Source of the DNA: Trichomonas gallinae
Lineage: Eukaryota
Length of the DNA stretch: 64,000 bases
Assembly (NCBI GenBank): GCA_008369845.1
Contig: MRSU01000672.1
Location: 1 to 64,000 of the forward strand
Direction of reading: 5' to 3'
Shown piece after piece: positions 10,566-21,508 of this stretch; positions within the stretch are counted from its first letter, which is position 1; each line of letters starts with the position of its first letter. Position numbers and translations under genes: made by a program. The notes beneath the pieces are model-generated. The model searched no databases and was not told the origin of the DNA. It worked only from the letters and a program-made list of their open reading frames with translations.

Positions 10566-11285
10566 CTATTTCTTGAAGAAAGATGAAATATCAGCAATAC
10601 CTTTTGGTCTTGTCTTTGTATCTGCCTTCTTTCTTGGTGGTGTCTTCTTTTTAACATCGTCAACAGCTTCTGACTGCAACTGCTGAACTTGAAGAACTTC
10701 ATCCAATTTTTTTACAGGAAAGGAGCCTTCGTATGCTTTAGCGAGCTCCTCTTTAAGCATAACTTGAAGGTCTTGTGGTAAATAGTGGCGAACGACACTC
10801 CAGCAGATTTCGATCAATTGATTATCAGGCATTTGATTCTTTTTCTTCAAAATTGGGAGAAGTTTTTCACATCTTCCGACAAGCCATTTCAACATCATTT
10901 TTTGATCTATAGCGTAAGCGAATGTATCATCAAATGGAAGTTCTGTGCATATCTGACCAAAGTATGGGAATACTAACTCTTCTATCTGTTTATATGGTGA
11001 ATTGTAAAAGAAATCTTTCTTTGGAGTATATTCATTCTTTTGTTTATACATATATGGGAGAACTAAGAAAACTGGATGAACTGGATACGCAAAAATCGCT
11101 GAACCATCGGCAATAGCATAGTTGTCCATGAAAAATGAGCAATAATGTCTATCAACTAATTGAATTTCGTATAATTTTCCATCTTTGAGAATAAAATCAT
11201 TTGGTTCATTGTTACGTGGATGTGGAAGAGAAATAACTTTAACATTTTCTCCAAGATCTGATGGTAAAAAAGCAAGTTTATTCAT
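10566..11285 (-). CDS. RNASEH2B: Ribonuclease H2 subunit B
   Basis: ISLPHPR, KLYEIQ, SFF...DGS...PVHPVFLVLPY and C-terminal PIP-box-like KGIADISSFFKK. Confidence 0.85.
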   Translation of the reverse strand: MNKLAFLPSDLGENVKVISLPHPRNNEPNDFILKDGKLYEIQLVDRHYCSFFMDNYAIADGSAIFAYPVHPVFLVLPYMYKQKNEYTPKKDFFYNSPYKQIEELVFPYFGQICTELPFDDTFAYAIDQKMMLKWLVGRCEKLLPILKKKNQMPDNQLIEICWSVVRHYLPQDLQVMLKEELAKAYEGSFPVKKLDEVLQVQQLQSEAVDDVKKKTPPRKKADTKTRPKGIADISSFFKK

Positions 11286-11290
11286 TAATT

Positions 11291-11316
11291 GTCACTTTTA
11301 TCATTCATGTCACTTT
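11291..11316 (-). promoter_or_regulatory. Paired AAAGTGAC (M2-type) motifs upstream of RNASEH2B
   Basis: GTCACTTT at 11291-11298 and 11309-11316, 6-31 nt upstream of the ATG. Confidence 0.6.
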
Positions 11317-11784
11317 TCAACATTTATTGCACTTTTTCTATTATACTTTATTTTTAAAAAATCTTTTAAGCTCCATGAATCTTCTGTATATTTTTGAATA
11401 TTTCTATTATATAATCCCTATAAATATACTCTATCTATGTTATTAATTAGGAATGATTTCGCTCAATCTTTTATGATGAAGATGATATTTTTTTAAAAAA
11501 TTGACGTCATTTTTGAAATTAATTGTAAAATCCTCTAATCTCTATGAGTATTTTGTAATAATTATTGATCTTCTATTATATAATTCTTATAGTTATATTC
11601 TATCTACATTATTAATTAGAAAAGATATTGACGAATATATTATAATGATTCTTGATGATTTTCGAAAATGTCACTTTTCAAGAACGAATCTGCCAATTTT
11701 TGTTTACAAAAATTGTTTTATTTCAATTTTGGCAAATTCTTGGATTATTTTAGGGTCTTTTTACAAACCCCTGCAATCGATAAA

Positions 11785-14499
11785 ATGGAGGAGAATTACT
11801 TATTATCTCCGCCATTTGCAGAGCTAAATCAGCCCCTTGAGTGGAAAGAGGTGTCTGTTATGGTCACAGGAAACGTGACAAACGGTCCCTATAATATTAA
11901 ACAAAACGGGCCTTTTTTATTTTTTTATAGAATTATAAAAAATAATAATCTCATAAAAAGCGACTGCGAGTTTTTAATATTCATTTTCAACTACACCTGC
12001 GAAAAGGACGAAGCGACAGGAGTTATCAAGCTCAATCACATTTATTGTCCGAATATTAAACATATTCTCATTTTCAAAAAGGAATCGGTAGATGATTTCG
12101 TCCGAAACTATAACGACATATACAGCAAAATGATTCTTCACTTCAAAAATTTAAGAATAACAGATTGTAAAATAGAAGATACTGTATTCTTCTCATGCTT
12201 GTCAAATACGAATAGAAACTTGGAATCTAAGCTCGATTTGAAAGAAGCAATCAATGGCGAATATTTCGTTGAAGTACTAACGAAAACAGTCGAAGGATTC
12301 AAACCGAAACTTGATATTAAGCTGTCTGTGAACAGTTACGTAGAACCTGCGCTTACAGCCCCAGAAGCTTTTGGTTTGAAGCCACATTTAGCAAATATTT
12401 TCCACCTAGACAATTTAAGCAAAAACAAGCGTGCAGAAGGCCATTTTATCTGCACTTCTATACATACATTAATGAATTCTATCTTAGCAATTGCAAAATG
12501 GAATCTTGATATTACAAATCGCCCATATAGAAGAGATTCAGCGAATATATTCAACCTAGAGCCAGAAATACACGAAAAAATAACAGAAAAACAAGATCCA
12601 GTCAAACCTTCATTGCTTAGCGGATTGGTTTCAAAATTAAAGGGTGAAGGTAAGAATAAACCAGCATCTAAGGCACCACAGCCTGTGCACAAGGTTCCTA
12701 CTAAAAATCCAACTCCAGAACCACATCCGAAACCAGTTCCACAGGTTCAACCACAAATTCATGCAGCCGAGCCTAAACCGGTTGAAAAACCAACTTTAAA
12801 ACCAGCTCAAAGCATTCCTATATCATCTGGACCACAACTCAAAGTATCAACACTCAAACAACCAAAATTAAGCATTTCAGTTCAACGCGTTGAGACTAAA
12901 ACAAACAATGCGCCACAACAGCAACAAGAAATCCCCGAAAATCCATTTGCCAAAAAGCCAGAAAAGAAATTGCACGCTGATACAGAAGAAAGCAGCAATC
13001 CAGCAGTATATCCAGAGTTCTCATCACCGAAGCTCACATTGGCAACAGCTGCCTCGATGTCAAGTGATGTTGTTCAATCACAAACACGAAGAATTTCTTA
13101 TCAACGCAGGACATCGTCATCTAGCGCTTTGCCTGATATGAAACAGTCTGTAGAAGAGAACAAGGACGATGATGAGCATTCATCAAGGATAAGACACGAT
13201 TTTCACGCACCTTTGGATTTGGAAAAAGAATTAAATACGAAACGCCATAAAATATCAACGAAGAAGGAGCCAACGGGTTATAAACCACAGGCTCTTGCAA
13301 AACTGATTCCAAAATCCGAAAACAGCGAAAAATTAGCTGAAGAAGCTAAAAGTGAGATTTTAGGCGGCCTTTTATCACAGAGCTCAGTAGAAAACGAGTT
13401 CGACAAGTTCGAGACAATAAAAGACGTCACAGTTGAAAGTATAATCAATGAAACAGAAAATTCATTCCTAGACAGGTTTTCAACGGACTTCTCCTTCTTC
13501 GACTTCGCTCAGGCCAACCTTGATCCGATGAAGATTGACGTGCAGATGCTCAAGAAGCCGATGTACTCTGAATGCGAATTCACATCTGGTCTAATCGCAG
13601 TCAGAAGTGAACTCCAACAGTTAAATTCAAGTGTCACTACTATAGAAAACGCAGCCCACTTCATTTATTACACAGCTTCAGTTTTCATTAACGGATTAAA
13701 TGATAAAACAAATTTCGTGACTGCTTACAAAGAGCTTGAAGGCCAGATGGACTTCCTGAAGCAGCCACTTCTAGAAGCGAGTGCCTACAAGAACTCTTTC
13801 GAGCAAGCTTCGGTTTTTGTCCAAGATTTAATTTTATCTAACGATATTATTCCAACATTATACGTTGTAAGGAACGACGCTGACTTCCTCAAGCGCCACT
13901 ATTCGCCATACGCGCTTCTCGTCAACCAGAACCTTTTGGATGACGTCTACGAGTTGATCGATAGAATTGTTTCTAGCAACAAATTTAATTTCGTGCCTTC
14001 AGCATCTTTCCCGATTGATTCCTACAAAGATCTGAACCCATTCGTCCCTTACATGCTTCCTGAAATACAGCACTCGATCGACAGGTTCGCCACAGAAGAT
14101 TTCACTAAAGAAGAAACATTACCGCAATTCATCAAATGTGTTGCAGACTTGATAAGTAGCGGAAACATACAGGAAAAACCTTACAACTTCTTCTCTGATT
14201 TAGTTAAGGACAACAACTACGAGAATGTCCCAGAGTGGAAGTCCTTCGAAGCCACATACAAGAAAGTTAAGAACGCTTTTATGTCCGGCAAAAACTTTTT
14301 GGAGGAATTCGTTGCAACCGGCGTCAAAACGAAAGTAATGCACATATGGTTCACTTTGATGGTCATTTCACGCGATACAACGAACTCTTACTACCCAGAA
14401 GGTAGTATAATGAGAGATTTCACGCGTGCAAATCATGTAATTGCTGTAATTCAGAAAATTATGCCATTAATACACGTCGATGAGGCTCAGAGTAAATAG
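11785..14499 (+). CDS. Large protein with Pro-rich linker and two C-terminal RUN-like domains
   Basis: ORF 11668-14499, likely start MEENY at 11785. Two segments resemble the RUN C-terminal signature: FVQDLILSNDI...DFLKRHYSPYALLVN and FVATGVKTKVMHIWF...NSYYPEGSIMRD. Confidence 0.55.
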   Translation: MEENYLLSPPFAELNQPLEWKEVSVMVTGNVTNGPYNIKQNGPFLFFYRIIKNNNLIKSDCEFLIFIFNYTCEKDEATGVIKLNHIYCPNIKHILIFKKESVDDFVRNYNDIYSKMILHFKNLRITDCKIEDTVFFSCLSNTNRNLESKLDLKEAINGEYFVEVLTKTVEGFKPKLDIKLSVNSYVEPALTAPEAFGLKPHLANIFHLDNLSKNKRAEGHFICTSIHTLMNSILAIAKWNLDITNRPYRRDSANIFNLEPEIHEKITEKQDPVKPSLLSGLVSKLKGEGKNKPASKAPQPVHKVPTKNPTPEPHPKPVPQVQPQIHAAEPKPVEKPTLKPAQSIPISSGPQLKVSTLKQPKLSISVQRVETKTNNAPQQQQEIPENPFAKKPEKKLHADTEESSNPAVYPEFSSPKLTLATAASMSSDVVQSQTRRISYQRRTSSSSALPDMKQSVEENKDDDEHSSRIRHDFHAPLDLEKELNTKRHKISTKKEPTGYKPQALAKLIPKSENSEKLAEEAKSEILGGLLSQSSVENEFDKFETIKDVTVESIINETENSFLDRFSTDFSFFDFAQANLDPMKIDVQMLKKPMYSECEFTSGLIAVRSELQQLNSSVTTIENAAHFIYYTASVFINGLNDKTNFVTAYKELEGQMDFLKQPLLEASAYKNSFEQASVFVQDLILSNDIIPTLYVVRNDADFLKRHYSPYALLVNQNLLDDVYELIDRIVSSNKFNFVPSASFPIDSYKDLNPFVPYMLPEIQHSIDRFATEDFTKEETLPQFIKCVADLISSGNIQEKPYNFFSDLVKDNNYENVPEWKSFEATYKKVKNAFMSGKNFLEEFVATGVKTKVMHIWFTLMVISRDTTNSYYPEGSIMRDFTRANHVIAVIQKIMPLIHVDEAQSK

Positions 14500-14905
14500 T
14501 TTATTATTTATTTTTGTATATATAATTATTTTAAAGCACAAATAATAAAATTATTTTATTCATTACGAAAATAATCAAAAACTATAATCTAAATTAATAT
14601 ATCTTCAAACACTTTATAATGTAATTCTTTATTTATAGCTCAATATTGCTTTTTTAATGTTTCAACATTTTATTTTACTAATTTAAAAATAGATTACTTA
14701 AGATTTGCATGCCATTTATATAGTTTAGTTGATTTTTACAACATAAATATAAGGTTTTCTGTAATAAATTTGGATAAATAAAATATATGTGTCAGTGTTG
14801 AGGATAATTAAGTAATATTTATAAAAATACTCTGTATTCTTTATTTTCTAATACAATTTTATCATTGTCTAAACATTAGAACAAAGATGAAAAGATCAAT
14901 ATTTT

Positions 14906-15361
14906 CTACTCATCTTTTTTCTCTTCTTCTTCACCTTCTCCAACTTCCTCTTCTTCGTATTCGGAGTCTTCGAGAGATTCTAAGGCGCCACTGATATAAA
15001 CTGGATATTCGCCCTTAACATCAAGAGTGACTGTATTGAATGGTGTAAAGTTGTAGCGGCAGTTGAAATGCTCGTTCTCGCCTGGAATTAAAGTTGCAAG
15101 AAGGAGTTTGGAATTTTCAATCAGTGGAGCAGCGTTTAAATCCTCCTCGTTAAGAATAACTGTTTTAACATTAGCAATTAAGCGAATTGGTTCAGTCTTG
15201 AAGTCATCTGGCAATTCACCTAAGCTGATATTCGTAATACGAAGGCCAGCTGTTTCTGGGAAGTTGACTTCGTTCTCCTCTCCTGGCTTGGCGACCATAC
15301 TCCAGAATGGCGAAACATTCTCGCACTCATTTTCACCACATTTCTCGCATTTCTCAGTCAT
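14906..15361 (-). CDS. Nucleoplasmin-like (NPL, FKBP39/HD-tuin type) histone chaperone
   Basis: FWSMVAKPG, LRITNISLG, LLATLIPG..EH, VKGEYPVYISG followed by an acidic tail. Confidence 0.85.
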   Translation of the reverse strand: MTEKCEKCGENECENVSPFWSMVAKPGEENEVNFPETAGLRITNISLGELPDDFKTEPIRLIANVKTVILNEEDLNAAPLIENSKLLLATLIPGENEHFNCRYNFTPFNTVTLDVKGEYPVYISGALESLEDSEYEEEEVGEGEEEEKKDE

Positions 15362-15372
15362 TCGAGTTTATA

Positions 15373-15399
15373 GTCACTTTTATTATGATCTGTCACTTT
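15373..15399 (-). promoter_or_regulatory. Paired AAAGTGAC (M2-type) motifs upstream of the NPL gene
   Basis: GTCACTTT at 15373-15380 and 15392-15399; spacing 19 nt, similar to the 18-nt spacing at RNASEH2B. Confidence 0.6.
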
Positions 15400-15658
15400 T
15401 ATTCACAAAATCAACTCTCTTCCATTATATAGTTCATCAATAACCAAACAATTTTGCAAATTTAATTTTCAAAAATTTCCATTTTCTCGATTAAAAAATC
15501 TAATTTTTAGAAAAATATTTTAATTAATTCTAAATTACAAAAAATTTTCATTTTTCAACAATGAGTTTTAAGAGCTTGTCTGGTTAAAGATAGTGTTGTT
15601 GGTGTGAAAAAAGACGTAAAATTTAAAAATAATAAATAATATTTTATCTCTATTAGTT

Positions 15659-17005
15659 CTATTCTTCTTTTTCTTCGGTTTTGAGGGAAGTATAATGACC
15701 GAGTTCCCACATTGTCACCTTTCCACCGCTAGCGAGAGCAAGATATTGGCTGTCTGCAGAAAATTCTGATGAAGCTAAGTGTTTAAGAGGAGTTTTCGGT
15801 GTTGGCCAGTTGCCGAAGACTGTCTTCGATGCGATGTGAAGCAATCTGAGGGCTCCTTCTTTCGATGAAGAAGCAAATAAAACAATTTCAGCTGTTGGAT
15901 TGAATTTAACTTCGTCAATAGCAGTAACGAGGTTAGATTTCTGGATTATTTCCTTAGGACGAATCAATTTGCCAGGAATTGGAGAGATTCTAAGCTTATC
16001 AAATTCGAAAACGTAAAGGAAGCCTTTATCATTACCCATTGCTACAAAATCACCACGTGCATCAAGAGCAGTGATTGTCTGCATATCTTCGACTTGGAAA
16101 ACCGCGACACTTCTAATATTTGTTTTTTCGCAGTCAATAACATGTCCTCTACCTTCAGAACCAGCTACAATGAAGTACCTTCCATCATCTGTGAATGCTC
16201 CGCATATTAAATTCTTCTCTGATGTTTCAATTGATTTTAATTGCGATAAATTGTTTGTATTATAGAAATGAATAGATTTCTGTGTGATAAATGCTACCAT
16301 TTCTTCAGAGGCAGCGACAGCGACAACATCATTTCTGTCTCCTGTCTGATAAATGTTAATTGAATGTGAATCTCCGACAGGAATGGAATCTAGCACTTGA
16401 AACCTTCCTTTCGTGCATCCAACAAACAATTTAGAGCCATCTGCTGAATAAGTGATGCATGTTCTGTAGATATTATCAGTAACAGGAATTCTAAATATCG
16501 CAGAACTGCCTTCATTGGTATATGTTACACGGGAAATTGTTCCCCACTTGCCAAGTAAAGCAATATCATGCTCGAAAGGATTCGCTGTTATTTGTTTAAC
16601 GTGTTCTAATCCACGATTTGCATTTTTCTTGTCTGTTGGGTCTTGAAGAGGAACTAAATCGGCTCTGCGAGTGATAACTATTCTATCTGATGGTAAATAT
16701 TTCGTGTTTTTCGCGTAAATTGAGTCTGCATCAATAACTGATCCAGTTGCTTTAGATAAGTCAGCCCATGATGTGTCGATGTGTTCATTTGATCGTTTGT
16801 ATCTTTCCGCGAGCTCATTTGCGAACTTATCGCCAGAAACTGGATCCATTTGATTTAACATTCTTGCTTTTTCAGGTGAAATCATCAATTGAGCATCATC
16901 AGGATCAATCCACGCTGGCTTTAGTTGTGCCGGAGCCTCGTTTTCTTCATCAGAGGACACGTCTACTGTTGATTTTCCAAAAACAAGCTCCTCCGGCGAA
17001 ATCAT
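15659..17005 (-). CDS. UTP18: U3 snoRNA-associated WD40 protein UTP18
   Basis: N-terminal KPAWIDPDD and C-terminal NLVTAIDEVKFNP...ALRLLHIASKTVFGNWPTPKTPL are UTP18 signatures. Confidence 0.9.
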   Translation of the reverse strand: MISPEELVFGKSTVDVSSDEENEAPAQLKPAWIDPDDAQLMISPEKARMLNQMDPVSGDKFANELAERYKRSNEHIDTSWADLSKATGSVIDADSIYAKNTKYLPSDRIVITRRADLVPLQDPTDKKNANRGLEHVKQITANPFEHDIALLGKWGTISRVTYTNEGSSAIFRIPVTDNIYRTCITYSADGSKLFVGCTKGRFQVLDSIPVGDSHSINIYQTGDRNDVVAVAASEEMVAFITQKSIHFYNTNNLSQLKSIETSEKNLICGAFTDDGRYFIVAGSEGRGHVIDCEKTNIRSVAVFQVEDMQTITALDARGDFVAMGNDKGFLYVFEFDKLRISPIPGKLIRPKEIIQKSNLVTAIDEVKFNPTAEIVLFASSSKEGALRLLHIASKTVFGNWPTPKTPLKHLASSEFSADSQYLALASGGKVTMWELGHYTSLKTEEKEE

Positions 17006-17460
17006 TAAAATGAGACTCCTTCAATTTTTTTTTCGATTTTATTGCAAATCTAGCTTTTAAACACATTATAGATCTAAATTTTGCAAAAATTTTAATTCAA
17101 AAAACAAAGGCACAAATTCTAGTTTTTCCCCAAAAAATCAAAATCAAGCCTTCTGATTATGATAAATCAATTATCTATAAGTAACATATTATATATCTTG
17201 AATAATATCTACAAAAACACCATCTTTTAGAATATGATTTTTATTAAATTTTGTGCTTACACCAATTAAGAGTCGTTTCATTATTAACACTTAGGTCTAT
17301 CGTATCAATCAAACAAACACGATTGAACACATACTTTTGTAAAATGATACAAAATGCAAAAATGCTTAATTAATTACTCCTACTTTCAAGATTTGCCACA
17401 GTTTGAAGTTGATCTTATAGCAGAGAATGAATCAAGTAAAATAATATTTTTCATCTTAAA

Positions 17461-18118
17461 TTGATGAATTTACTGAGCACATGCATCCATAGTAGTTCTA
17501 TCATGATGAATTCTGCATCATCTTGTCTCCACTATTTAAATTTCTCCTTCTTTAATCGTTTCGCGAGTTTGCAGCCTTTAAATGGAGGTGTTTTGATCGA
17601 CGCAATCCGTTCACGTATGCCTAAACTAGTTACTACGCTTGTTGAATGCGGTTATGATGTTAATTCTACCAGTTATGATGGCACCGCTCTAGAGGTTGCA
17701 ATTAGAGAGAATCCTAATATTGCTAAATATTTGATAGAAAAAGGAGCAGATGTAACTAAAGGAAATCCATTAATCACTAGCATTTGCCATTCATCTGGCA
17801 AACAATTATTCTTCTAGAAAAGGGTGCTAATCCAAACGAAATTGATTACAAAGGATACACTCCAATATTCTATGCAGTAGATAGCTACCATAATGAACTA
17901 TTTCCAAAATTGGTAGAGAAAGTTGCAGATATAAACTATATAAATAAAGAAAGAGAGACCCCTTTGATGCGGGCAGAATTTCTTAAAAAAAAGACAAAGT
18001 TATTTCAATACTCAGGGAACTTGGTGCTGATGAAACAATCATTAACCCTATAACTCATAAAACAGTTGCTGATTACTATAAAATGGAGATTTATTATTGC
18101 GATTATTCAGATTATTAA
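17461..18118 (+). pseudogene. Ankyrin-repeat pseudogene with two frameshifts
   Basis: Ankyrin motifs GTALEVAI..AKYLIEKGADV, then in another frame LLEKGANPNEIDYKGYTPIFYAV, then after the A8 run at 17985-17992 a third frame ISILRELGADETI ending TAA 18116-18118. Confidence 0.8.
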
Positions 18119-18641
18119 ACAAAACTTTTATATTTTATCCACTCCATCGAATCTTAAGTTTAATGGAAATCTATTAGCATTATTTTTATCATCATTTATA
18201 TAGGTATATCACGACAAATGTATTATTTAATGAATATAATGCTCAATGAGTTTTGATATTATTGAGTCATTTGATAATTTGTTTATTTTTTCAGATAAGA
18301 AAATGCAGCAATAAATAAAGGTATTTGACCAATATTCAATGAAATTTACAATATTGATTATTTTAAATATCATCAATTGAACATATCATTATAACTCTAC
18401 CACCTCAGTAAAATACAAATTTGTTTTCATTATTTTATGATTCAGAGATTTAAACCTAAACATGAGCAGGAATATATCACATTGGAAACTTGAGATATTT
18501 TTGCGCTTCATTCTTCGAAATGATTCAAGAAAATGTTAATGATGAGGCTGCAATTGCTACGTTTCAGTCTTAAAAATGATTCGTCAGAATATTAACCTTA
18601 TTTTTCATCTGGAGATTTTTTTACAAAGTGTCAAATTTAAA

Positions 18642-19052
18642 ATGGAATGTGACTTTTTGCAGGGTTTGATGCCCATAGAAGTCATATATACAGATAAAAA
18701 TGACCCAAATGATATATTTTTGTTAACTCCAGACAAAGAATTGTTGAATTCTGTACAAAATTATCGAGATTTAGTTATTAATAATCAGTTAAATCATGCA
18801 ATGGATCAGATTATCGATAAAAATATAGAAAGTACACCTCATGGCCTTAAAAAAGATTCTGTCAGCTTATTAAATGAATATTTTGAATCAATTCAAGCTA
18901 ATCCTGACAAGCCTTTGGAACAAACTAATCAACAACCAGGAAATATGGTTACTCAGGAAAGATTAGATTTAATTTTGAAAAATGCTAAAACTATTGTTAA
19001 CGAATATCGACAATTTAAACGATATTCGGATGAAATCAAAAATTCATATTGA
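18642..19052 (+). CDS. Hypothetical helical protein
   Basis: ORF 18576-19052; likely start MECDFLQG at 18642; no recognised domain. Confidence 0.55.
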   Translation: MECDFLQGLMPIEVIYTDKNDPNDIFLLTPDKELLNSVQNYRDLVINNQLNHAMDQIIDKNIESTPHGLKKDSVSLLNEYFESIQANPDKPLEQTNQQPGNMVTQERLDLILKNAKTIVNEYRQFKRYSDEIKNSY

Positions 19053-19391
19053 ACTTTACTGTCATTGCAATTCATTTTAAGCAATTTTTTATCCAATATC
19101 GAGTTTTTACGCAAATGACTTCTTTCCATTGACAGATGGTATAAGATGTCTAGTGCAATATCAAAATTCTTCCATTTCAAAAGTTTTTATATTTCGAAAA
19201 TATTTATTAACTAATTAATATAGATGAGATGATCATCATCTACTATCAATTTAATATATATATTTTATGTGTTTTTAAAAATATTCTGTCTTAATTTTTT
19301 TTTGTTTAAAATATGATATTAATAGAGGCTCTGATAAAACCATGGTATATTTCTTTTGAAATCCAACATGTTTTTATACCATTTTTCATAA

Positions 19392-20735
19392 ATGGATGAT
19401 TATAAGATTAACGAGAATGAAAAATTAAATGAGAATCAAGCAATTATCGATCAAAATCCGGACGAAGTACCTGATATCAACGGAACAATTCAAGATCTTT
19501 ATACTGAATGGCAAAACTACGGATTAAGAAATACACAAATGATTTTTTTTCATTTATCTAAAACAGATAATTTGTATGAGGTGTCTAAGCTAATAGATTC
19601 TTCTATTAATCAGCTCCTAATTGTGATTTTAGAGGTTTTAAAATATGATTCACCATCATTTTTGATGAAAATTGCTATTAAACTACTGGTACACATTGCT
19701 AGGGACTATTACGATCCTTATATCTACGATATCACTGAAAATGACGACATTTACAAATATTTAGCTGATATTTTTAAATTAGATCACAGTTTAGCTCCAG
19801 ATATATGCGCATTTCTTAGCCTTTGCATGCGTAATGACTATTACACACCTTGTCATTTCCTTTATTTTGTTGATTTTGATTATATCGAAAATCTTTTTAG
19901 GGAAGAATATCTCAAATTTCATGGTTTGCAAGAAAATCTAGCGGAGTTTTTATATCTAATACATAGAACCAAGAGCGACACATTTGATTTTAATATTTAT
20001 TATAATTCTGTTACAAATATAATATTTAACCACTATTTCGTTATTCCTCATGACGCAAGAAAGTTTTTAGTCAAAATTTACCCTTCTTTAGTCGAAAGAT
20101 TTTCTAATTATATATTTAAAATCAAAAAATTGAATCTTTGCCAAAAAGCGTGGCAAATGCTAGCAGACGAGAATTGTCCTGTGCTAGATGTTATATTACT
20201 GCTAACAAAGCTAGGATTGGCTTACGGAGCCGATATGGAATTTGATTATCCAAGAATTCTCAGTTTATTGAACTACGATAACAGCGAGATACAAGCAGAT
20301 ACACTTATGTTTATGAAGTCGTGCATATATAACAGCCAAGCATGCATTATTACACATATGGACGAAATTTTAGATTCGATTGCGTCTCATTTCTACAATT
20401 ATAGCTTTGACGGGAAAATATGGGCCATAAAGTTCATCTGCCAGATGATAGAATGCGCAAATGGGCCACAGTGCAGTTATTTCTTCAATAAAGGAGTAAT
20501 TCATATTTTTCTTCCCGACATTGACGAATATCCGCCTGACGTGCAACTATACATGATTGATGCACTCAGCCAGTTCAACTTCTTCGAATTACTCAAGCCA
20601 GACAATGTACATGAATACTTTGAGTACGATTTGTACCAAATTCTCACTGATTTACTAGACAATGATGACTTAGATGACGCAATAATCGGAAACATTGAGA
20701 ATCTTTTAGATGAGCTCTTTACCGAAATAGAATAG
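19392..20735 (+). CDS. Acidic ARM/HEAT-like helical-repeat protein
   Basis: 447 aa of amphipathic Leu/Ile-rich helices; Inr-like CATTTTTCAT before the ATG. Confidence 0.6.
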   Translation: MDDYKINENEKLNENQAIIDQNPDEVPDINGTIQDLYTEWQNYGLRNTQMIFFHLSKTDNLYEVSKLIDSSINQLLIVILEVLKYDSPSFLMKIAIKLLVHIARDYYDPYIYDITENDDIYKYLADIFKLDHSLAPDICAFLSLCMRNDYYTPCHFLYFVDFDYIENLFREEYLKFHGLQENLAEFLYLIHRTKSDTFDFNIYYNSVTNIIFNHYFVIPHDARKFLVKIYPSLVERFSNYIFKIKKLNLCQKAWQMLADENCPVLDVILLLTKLGLAYGADMEFDYPRILSLLNYDNSEIQADTLMFMKSCIYNSQACIITHMDEILDSIASHFYNYSFDGKIWAIKFICQMIECANGPQCSYFFNKGVIHIFLPDIDEYPPDVQLYMIDALSQFNFFELLKPDNVHEYFEYDLYQILTDLLDNDDLDDAIIGNIENLLDELFTEIE

Positions 20736-20988
20736 ATCATAATATACATTTTGTTATTTATTATAAAGCTTTGTTTTCATATCAAAAATATTTGCTTCGA
20801 CATTTTTAAGCGTTTTTGCGTTTTCCTAAAGTTAGATGTGGTGTAAATCCTTCGAAAAACGACTAAACAGGCGGCTTTGTGTTGAGGGTTTTCTGTTCGA
20901 TAGGAAATTTAGAAGCTGTTAAATATTGTTCTGCTTATGATATTTGTCAAAAGATTCCATCTTGATGTTAGCAAGAGAAATATATTTG

Positions 20989-21330
20989 GATCATCATGAA
21001 ATTGTCAAGTTCCTTCTCACAGTTCCTTGAATAGATTTCAACGCAAAAGATGGTATCAACAATACAGCTTTGAATATTGCTGCATTTAATGGTCATCATA
21101 AAATTGTCAAAATCCTTCTCACAGTTCCTCGAATAGATTTCCACGCAAAAAATGTAGTCAATTTCACAGATTTGAGTTTGGCTTCAACATATGAAGGTCA
21201 TCATGAAATTGCCAATCTCCTTCTCAAAGTTCTATGAATAGATGTCAATGAAAAAACCAAATTCAACAAAGCAGCTTTGGGTTGGACTAAAATAGATGAA
21301 ATCAAAATAAACGTTGAAAGCTCATGGTGT
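20989..21330 (+). pseudogene. Ankyrin-repeat remnant (three ~102-105-bp repeats, two in-frame stops)
   Basis: Hand translation: DHHEIVKFLLTVP*IDFNAKDGINNTALNIAAFNGHHKIVKILLTVPRIDFHAKN...GHHEIANLLLKVL*IDVNEK. Absent from the ORF track. Confidence 0.85.
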
Positions 21331-21508
21331 AATTTAATTAATTAATTTATGAAGTCTAACATTATAAATGATTCTATATTGACGAAATTCGAAACAAAAA
21401 GTAAACAGATTAGTTTTAAATCATATTTTTTCCTACAAATTATTCGATTTATAAAATTACTCTTTTAAAATCAGTGGAATAAAATATAAAAAAATCTATA
21501 ATATATGC

